From: Nitrospirota bacterium
Lineage (GTDB): Bacteria > Nitrospirota > UBA9217
Assembly (NCBI GenBank): GCA_963840455.1
Contig: CAWIYV010000001.1
Coordinates: 128,001-192,000, forward strand
Reading direction: 5' to 3'
Length of the DNA: 64,000 bases
Shown here: one piece after another, positions 58,259 through 64,000 of the stretch
How the letters are laid out: the number at the start of each line of letters is the position of its first letter
Numbering within the stretch: position 1 is the first letter of the stretch
Position numbers and translations under genes: made by a program
The notes under the pieces: model-generated
What the model saw: the letters and a program-made list of their open reading frames with translations, nothing else
The model's database searches: none
Told to the model about the DNA's origin: nothing

Positions 58259-60880
58259 TTACCGCCTGCCGATGACCCGTTTGACATATGCGACCTCGTC
58301 CTCTTTCGTGGCAACAGCGCCGTCCAGTTTTGCGTCGAGCAAGCCGGCGAGGATCTTTTTGTACCGCGGGCCGGGCGGGAGCCCCATCCTCTTCAGGTCA
58401 TCACCCGTGAGCGACACGTTCACGTTCCGCAGCCGGGTCAGATAGAGCGAGATATACCGCTTGGCAGGCTCCTTCCGAGCCTTCGCCATCATCACGAGGA
58501 CCTGCTCGATGTCCAGGGGATGGAGCAGGTCATAGACCCGGCTCGCCGGGAGCCGCGCGTCGCGGTAAAACTCGAACAGGATGTCACGGCAATGCAGGCG
58601 CGACGCCATGACGCGCTTCCGGACGCGCGGGGGGACGGCCAGTCTCTCCAGCGCCTCCTGAGCCGCTTCGTCCTTCAGCCGGTCAAGAAGGCCCAGGAAA
58701 TAGACGAACCATCGTTCCACCGGCACCTCGAGGTACAGCAGACGGTACCAGGTGAGCGTCTCACTGATGCCGGCGAAGAGCCGCTCCAACTCGGCGCCGA
58801 ACCGCAGGTTCGGGTGAAGGAACTTCAGCAGATCGAGCTCCTCCATGCGCCGGAGGACCTTCAGGGGGTCCAGCTCGGAGAACATGAGGACCAGTTCGTC
58901 ATAGATCCGCTCCCCGGACAGTTTGTTGAACAGCTTCAGGTTGACGGCGCTCCTGATCAGGTTCCGCGTGTGCTTGCCGATCGGGAAGTCGAAGCGTTGT
59001 TCGAAGCGAATGGCCCGGAACACGCGCGTCGGGTCCTCGACGAAGGAAAGGTTGTGCAGGATGCGGATGGTCCGCTCCTTGATATCCCGTAGTCCGCCGA
59101 AGAAATCGATCAGCTCGCCGTAGCGGTCCCGGTTCAGGCGGACCGCCAGGGTGTTGATGGTGAAATCGCGGCGGTAGAGGTCCTTCTTGATGGAGGAAAG
59201 CTCCACGGTCGGGAGGGCTGCGGGGGTCTCGTAATATTCGAGCCGCGCCGTGGCGATGTCGAGCTTGACGCCGCCGGGCAGCACCACGACCGCGGTCCCG
59301 AACTTCTGGTGGGTCCTCATCCGGCCGCCGAGCTTCCGGACGATCATGCCCGCGAAGACGATGCCGTCCCCTTCCACCACGATGTCGACGTCGAGGTTCT
59401 CCATGCGGAGGAACAGATCGCGGACGATGCCGCCCACAAGATACACGGGAAAGCCGGAATCATCGGCGATCTCGCCGACTATCTTCAGGGTCTCGCGCAC
59501 CGCTGCTGGCAAACGTTCCTCGAGCATCCCCCGGACGTTTCGCACCGGTTGCGTCCCCGGCTCCGCGGGAAGACCGGCCGCCCCGAAGCGCTGTTCGTGC
59601 AGCGACCGCAACAGATCCGTCCGCGTGATGGCTCCGACGACCGTGCCGTCTTCGGCGATGACCGGCATGAACCGCTGGCGCTCGCCGATCATCACCTGCT
59701 CCACCCGTGCCATGGGCATGTCGGGAACGGCGACAGGCACGCCGGTGGACATGAACTCATCGACCGTGCGGTTCCCCAGGCCGTGGAACAGGGCCTTCTG
59801 GACGACCTCGCGGGTGATGATACCGAGAAAGCGTGTCCCGTCAAGAACGGGCAGGACATTCACGCTGAACCGCGTCATCCGCTCGTTCGCCTGCTCGATG
59901 GATGTGCGCGTAGGCACGGTCTTGACCGGTGACGTCATGATGTCCGAGGCTGCCCTTCCCGGTACGATGTGACGCTTCAGGATGTCGATGAGCCGCTCCC
60001 GGGTCTCCAGGTAGGTCAGGTCGCGTGCCACGGCGGACGCGGCGGTCAGGTGTCCTCCGCCGCCCAGTGGTTCCAGCACCTTCCCGGCATTGACCTGCGC
60101 AAGCCTCGAACGTCCGATGACATGCGTCTTGTCTCCCATCTGCACCACAAGGAACAGCACATCCAGGCCGTCGCGGTCGCGCATGCGGTGCGCCAGGGCC
60201 GCGAGGTCCGGCACGAAATGGGGCGTGGCAATGGCGGCGACCACCACGGTCACACCGTTGATATCATAGCTCTTCGCGGCGGCTGAGAGCTCGTTCAGGA
60301 CGGCGACCTGCTCGGGGGTCAGGTCCCGCACGATGAAGTCGGCTACGACGTTCAAGTTGGCGCCCTGACCGATGAGGTAGGCGGCGGCCCGGGCGTCGCG
60401 CGCCGTCGTCGAAAGGTAGGTGAGCGCGCCCGTTTCCTCATAGATGCCGAGGGCGAACACCGTTGCTTCGAAGGGCGTGATCGCGATCCCTTTCTGCTGC
60501 AGGAGCTCCACCATCAGTGTCGTCGTTGCTCCGACCTCCTCGATCAGTTCTTGCTCGCCCTTGATGTCCCCGCCGGTGCGCGGATGGTGGTCGTAGAGGT
60601 GGACCGACACGCCCGGCCTGCCCAGCGCGCCGGCGAGCTTCCCCAGTCGGTTCGGGTTCCGGTTGTCGACGATGATGAGCCGTGTGATCTTGTCCACGTC
60701 GATGTTCCGCAGCCGCTCGGTCTCGATGGAGTAGGCGGTCGATTCGAGGAAGAAGTCCCGCATGCTCTTCTCCTGCGAGCCGGCAAAGACCAGCTTGGCA
60801 GCGGGATAGAGCTTCTTCGCCGCAACCATGGATGCCAGGGCATCGAAATCGGCGTTCGTATGACTGGTGATGATCTCCAT
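58259..60880 (-). CDS. DHH-CBS-tRNA nucleotidyltransferase (A-adding type)
   Basis: HTNADFD..DHH, a CBS pair, VGGIVRD..DVD, RRDFTIN and EDPTR motifs. Confidence 0.9.
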   Translation of the reverse strand: MEIITSHTNADFDALASMVAAKKLYPAAKLVFAGSQEKSMRDFFLESTAYSIETERLRNIDVDKITRLIIVDNRNPNRLGKLAGALGRPGVSVHLYDHHPRTGGDIKGEQELIEEVGATTTLMVELLQQKGIAITPFEATVFALGIYEETGALTYLSTTARDARAAAYLIGQGANLNVVADFIVRDLTPEQVAVLNELSAAAKSYDINGVTVVVAAIATPHFVPDLAALAHRMRDRDGLDVLFLVVQMGDKTHVIGRSRLAQVNAGKVLEPLGGGGHLTAASAVARDLTYLETRERLIDILKRHIVPGRAASDIMTSPVKTVPTRTSIEQANERMTRFSVNVLPVLDGTRFLGIITREVVQKALFHGLGNRTVDEFMSTGVPVAVPDMPMARVEQVMIGERQRFMPVIAEDGTVVGAITRTDLLRSLHEQRFGAAGLPAEPGTQPVRNVRGMLEERLPAAVRETLKIVGEIADDSGFPVYLVGGIVRDLFLRMENLDVDIVVEGDGIVFAGMIVRKLGGRMRTHQKFGTAVVVLPGGVKLDIATARLEYYETPAALPTVELSSIKKDLYRRDFTINTLAVRLNRDRYGELIDFFGGLRDIKERTIRILHNLSFVEDPTRVFRAIRFEQRFDFPIGKHTRNLIRSAVNLKLFNKLSGERIYDELVLMFSELDPLKVLRRMEELDLLKFLHPNLRFGAELERLFAGISETLTWYRLLYLEVPVERWFVYFLGLLDRLKDEAAQEALERLAVPPRVRKRVMASRLHCRDILFEFYRDARLPASRVYDLLHPLDIEQVLVMMAKARKEPAKRYISLYLTRLRNVNVSLTGDDLKRMGLPPGPRYKKILAGLLDAKLDGAVATKEDEVAYVKRVIGRR

Positions 60881-60886
60881 AGAGTT

Positions 60887-60989
60887 ATTTCGGATTGCGA
60901 ATTGCGAATTGCGGATTTCGGATTGGAACGTTCCGTATCATCAATGCATTTGACCCATTTTTCACTTCGCGATCCGCAATCCGCAATCG
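60887..60989. repeat. Inverted heptamer arrays (ATTGCGA/ATTGCGG versus ATCCGCA)
   Basis: Same repeat family as 25268-25357; fills the xerD to nucleotidyltransferase intergenic gap. Confidence 0.75.
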
Positions 60990-60991
60990 CT

Positions 60992-61873
60992 TCATCCCCT
61001 CGGATGGTATTTCTCATGGATCCGCTTGAGCCGCTCGCGGGAAACGTGGGTATAGATCTGCGTCGTTGAGATGTCGGAATGGCCGAGCATGGCCTGCACC
61101 GCGCGGAGGTCTGCGCCGTTGTCCAGGAGATGGGTGGCGAAGGAGTGGCGCAGGGTATGCGGAGAAACGTTCCGGGTGATGCCGGCCTTCCGGACGTAAT
61201 GCTTGGTCCGCTCCCAGAACATCTGGCGGGTAAGCTGGCGTCTTCGGGAGCTGACGAAGACGGCATCGGACGCCTGCCCCTTGAGCAGCAGCGGGCGGCT
61301 GCGGTCCAGATATTCCTTCAGGCGAGCCGACGCAACCTCGCCCAGTGGCACCGCCCGCTCCTTGGAGCCCTTTCCAGCAACAACGACGAACCCGCGCTCA
61401 AGGTTCATATCCTGCAGCCTAAGTCCGACCAGTTCGCTCACACGGAGACCTGCAGCGTACAGGACCTCGAGCATCGCCTTGTCCCGGATGCCCAGCGTCG
61501 TTGTCAGGTCCGGCTGATTCAGCAGCGTCTCCACCTCACTGCTGCTCAGTGTCTTGGGCAGCCGGGTCCAGCCGTGGGGAGCGTCGATGTTCACGGTCGG
61601 GTCAGCGGCGGTGAGACCGTCGGTCAGCAGATATTTGTGGAACCCCCGTATCGCGGAAAGGCACCGCGCTGACGAAGGTACCGCCATGCCCTCTTCTGAA
61701 AGACGTGAGAGGAAATCAAGAACATCCTGCTGTTTGATGTCGTCAGGGGCCTTCTTCTCCATGAACGTGAAATATTTTCGCAGGTCCCGCTCATAGGACT
61801 CCAGCGTGTTCCGGGACAGCCCTTTTTCGACGGCCAGGTAGTTGAGAAACCTTTTCAGAAGGTCGCTTTGCAT
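60992..61873 (-). CDS. xerD: Tyrosine recombinase XerD
   Basis: GLRVSEL, GKGSKER, HTLRHSFATH, LGHSDISTTQIYTHV and C-terminal HPRG. Confidence 0.93.
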   Translation of the reverse strand: MQSDLLKRFLNYLAVEKGLSRNTLESYERDLRKYFTFMEKKAPDDIKQQDVLDFLSRLSEEGMAVPSSARCLSAIRGFHKYLLTDGLTAADPTVNIDAPHGWTRLPKTLSSSEVETLLNQPDLTTTLGIRDKAMLEVLYAAGLRVSELVGLRLQDMNLERGFVVVAGKGSKERAVPLGEVASARLKEYLDRSRPLLLKGQASDAVFVSSRRRQLTRQMFWERTKHYVRKAGITRNVSPHTLRHSFATHLLDNGADLRAVQAMLGHSDISTTQIYTHVSRERLKRIHEKYHPRG

Positions 61874-62525
61874 TCATTTTCCGTCAAGAAATCAGGATAT
61901 TGATTTCGTTTCTATTGTAGGCCATTGATCGGGGAAATGCAAGGAAGGCAGAAGCAGAGAAACGATACAACTGCAACGTTCACCACGGGGTACTCGTGGC
62001 AGGACCCAACGTGGAGCAATACCATTTAAGACGAATGATCGCGGAACTGTGGTAGGACGGAAGGAATGCCTTGCGAAGAAGGTTAAAAAGTTCGTTCACA
62101 CGGACCCGTGAACAAAGGGCGGAAAGAATACCAGGCGTCCCGATGTCCTTGTTACGGGTAGCCCTGTGTTCCAGGGGGCATCGGGACGCCGCCAGGCGCC
62201 GCTGTCACGAAGGGGGTTTTTCGTGGAAAGCTGTGTAATCCTGCATACCGATGGTCTTAGGACAGCGCTTCTTTCCTCGTATAGGGTCGGGATGAGGGGG
62301 ATAAGAAGCACCTCATTCGGCAGGCATACAGCGTCGCCGTTGTTTCAATGATAGCAGTCGGGATGACCCTGTCAATAGGTCTTTGTACGTATTTTCAGAA
62401 CGTGCAGATAATTGCGGTATGCTCGACCATGCCATGATGGGAATGAGAGAAAGCATGGCACGTGCTCTTCATGAGCCAATCAATTCCAGCGTCTGCGGAA
62501 CCGCCTCCGAAGAATCAACGTGCGT

Positions 62526-63170
62526 TTACTGTGTCAGAAGCGCGATCGCCTTGGTCCTGCTCTTCACATTGAGCTTGCGATACACGCGGTAGAGGTGGGT
62601 CTTGACCGTCCGCTCGCTGATATTACTTATCTCGGCGATCTCGCGGTTCGTGGCGCCCTTCAGGACATGACCGAGCATGTCCATCTCTCGGCTCGTGAGG
62701 GGCTGGAGTTCCGGCACGTGGGACTGGAGCAGATCCGGAAGGAGCATCTGATGCATGCTGATGGCCTTCTCCAGGATCCGCCGCTCGGCCCAGATCCCTC
62801 CTGCCGCGACGGCACGGACCGCCTTCGCGATAAGCGCTGGCGGCGATGATGACAGGAGATATCCACGCGCGCCTTGCCGGATGTTTTCAATGAGGACATC
62901 GTCCCCCGCGCTCGCGGTCAGCAGCAGGACCAAACGGGTCTTCGGTGACCGCATACGCAGGGTGCGCAGGAAACGCGGGAGATTGAACCGCTTCAGCCCG
63001 TCGGGATTCAGTAGCAGGACATCAGGGAGGAGCGCAAGCTGTTTGAGCGCTGTCTCCCGTTTTGAGACAGCGGATAGGATTGCGAGGTCCTCATGCTCCC
63101 CGAATGCCAAGGTAAGATCAGCGAGACGGGCCGGATCATTTTCCACGACCATTATCGAGATCACGCTCAC
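62526..63170 (-). CDS. LuxR-family regulator with atypical (pseudo-)receiver domain
   Basis: LTSRE..G.TNREIA..ISERTVKTH HTH; receiver has PDVLLLN (Asn at the phospho-Asp position) and GYLLS (no Lys). Confidence 0.85.
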   Translation of the reverse strand: MSVISIMVVENDPARLADLTLAFGEHEDLAILSAVSKRETALKQLALLPDVLLLNPDGLKRFNLPRFLRTLRMRSPKTRLVLLLTASAGDDVLIENIRQGARGYLLSSSPPALIAKAVRAVAAGGIWAERRILEKAISMHQMLLPDLLQSHVPELQPLTSREMDMLGHVLKGATNREIAEISNISERTVKTHLYRVYRKLNVKSRTKAIALLTQ

Positions 63171-63303
63171 GAAAACGCTCCTAAAGACAGATTTAATTGG
63201 GGTCTTTTTTGGGATAATCCTAATACTTATTGTAGATGGTCGGATGCAACTTTGTCAAGTGGAATTGGTCACTTCGCTGAGTGCTGACCGGCCAAAGGAT
63301 ATT

Positions 63304-63882
63304 CTATAAAATAATACCAAAGTTGCAGAGCATCTCACCCAAGAGAGAGAGCGGTAGCCCCACGACGTTGGAATAACACCCTTCAATCCTCTCCACCAGC
63401 AGTGCGCCCCGCTCCTGGATCCCGTATGCGCCTGCCTTGTCGAGCGGTTCGCCCGTCGCGACATAGGCGGAGATTTCCCGTTCCGACAGTTTACGGAAAC
63501 AGACCTTGGTGACCGAAGTGCGCACGGAAGAGCGCCCCGATGCCGCGTCCATGACTGCGAGGCCGGTGACGACTTCGTGTTCTCTGCCGGATAGTACGCT
63601 CAGCATGCGCCGTGCATCTGTGGCATCGACCGGCTTCCCGAGGATGGTATCGCCGATAACGACGATGGTATCAGCGGCGATAACGATGCCCGTCCTCGCC
63701 CGCCCGGCAGCGACCCGGGCCTTGTCCAGCGCAACCCGGACGGCATATGCCTCCGGTGTTTCTCCCGGGAGCATGCGTTCATCCACGTCTGCAGGATCAA
63801 GGGAAAAGGAAATCCCGATCTGCTCCAGTAATGCGCGTCGCCGCGGAGAGCTCGACGCAAGGATAACGGTTGGAAGCTTCAT
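63304..63882 (-). CDS. maf: Maf/YhdE nucleoside triphosphate pyrophosphatase
   Basis: ILASSSPRR, AADT, GKP, DKAGAYGIQ and NVVGLP motifs. Confidence 0.95.
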   Translation of the reverse strand: MKLPTVILASSSPRRRALLEQIGISFSLDPADVDERMLPGETPEAYAVRVALDKARVAAGRARTGIVIAADTIVVIGDTILGKPVDATDARRMLSVLSGREHEVVTGLAVMDAASGRSSVRTSVTKVCFRKLSEREISAYVATGEPLDKAGAYGIQERGALLVERIEGCYSNVVGLPLSLLGEMLCNFGIIL

Positions 63883-64000
63883 AGGCACCGAGGAGCGTTC
63901 TGGTCCGTGGGAAGTCAAGAGGTGATGTCAGGTTCAAGAGAAAAGGAACTGCCGGCCTGCCGCCGGTTGCGACGGAGCATGATGGTACTGCTTGCCCGCG

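Noticed and set aside
60992-61873. Integrase marking a prophage or island
   Set aside because: It has housekeeping XerD features and core-gene neighbours; none of the four tRNAs has an adjacent integrase or visible att duplication

Overview
A GC-rich, almost entirely minus-strand chromosomal segment from an anaerobic Gram-negative bacterium. Gene content and style suggest Nitrospirota or Deltaproteobacteria (inference only). In order it holds: a sigma54-type hybOABC(D) periplasm-facing [NiFe]-hydrogenase operon, a c6-like cytochrome, metK-ahcY, a cobalamin uptake locus (btuFCD, btuB, tonB) with two cobalamin riboswitches, a frameshifting prfB, an amidase, thrS-infC-rpmI-rplT, four tRNAs, an RpoS-like sigma factor, a HEAT/HD-GYP gene pair, orphan 2-oxoacid oxidoreductase beta/gamma genes, pur/nusB/rib genes, a NikR-controlled nickel ECF operon, fdhD, archaeal-type pheST, queA, a CBS-domain tRNA nucleotidyltransferase, xerD and maf. 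The main finding is in the hydrogenase large subunit. It has an in-frame TGA exactly at the second Cys of the N-terminal L1 motif (RICGV-TGA), directly followed by a SECIS-like hairpin, while the C-terminal DPCLAC motif keeps both Cys. This suggests a Hyb-type [NiFeSe] hydrogenase with selenocysteine at a Ni-Fe bridging position rather than the canonical terminal one. Other notable items are a nickel ECF ATPase fused to a His-rich CooJ-like domain, six copies of a ~115-bp two-hairpin element resembling a non-autonomous IS200/IS605 derivative, a shared N-terminal domain in the HEAT/HD-GYP pair, and an archaeal-type PheRS whose pheS carries a patch of probable assembly indels.
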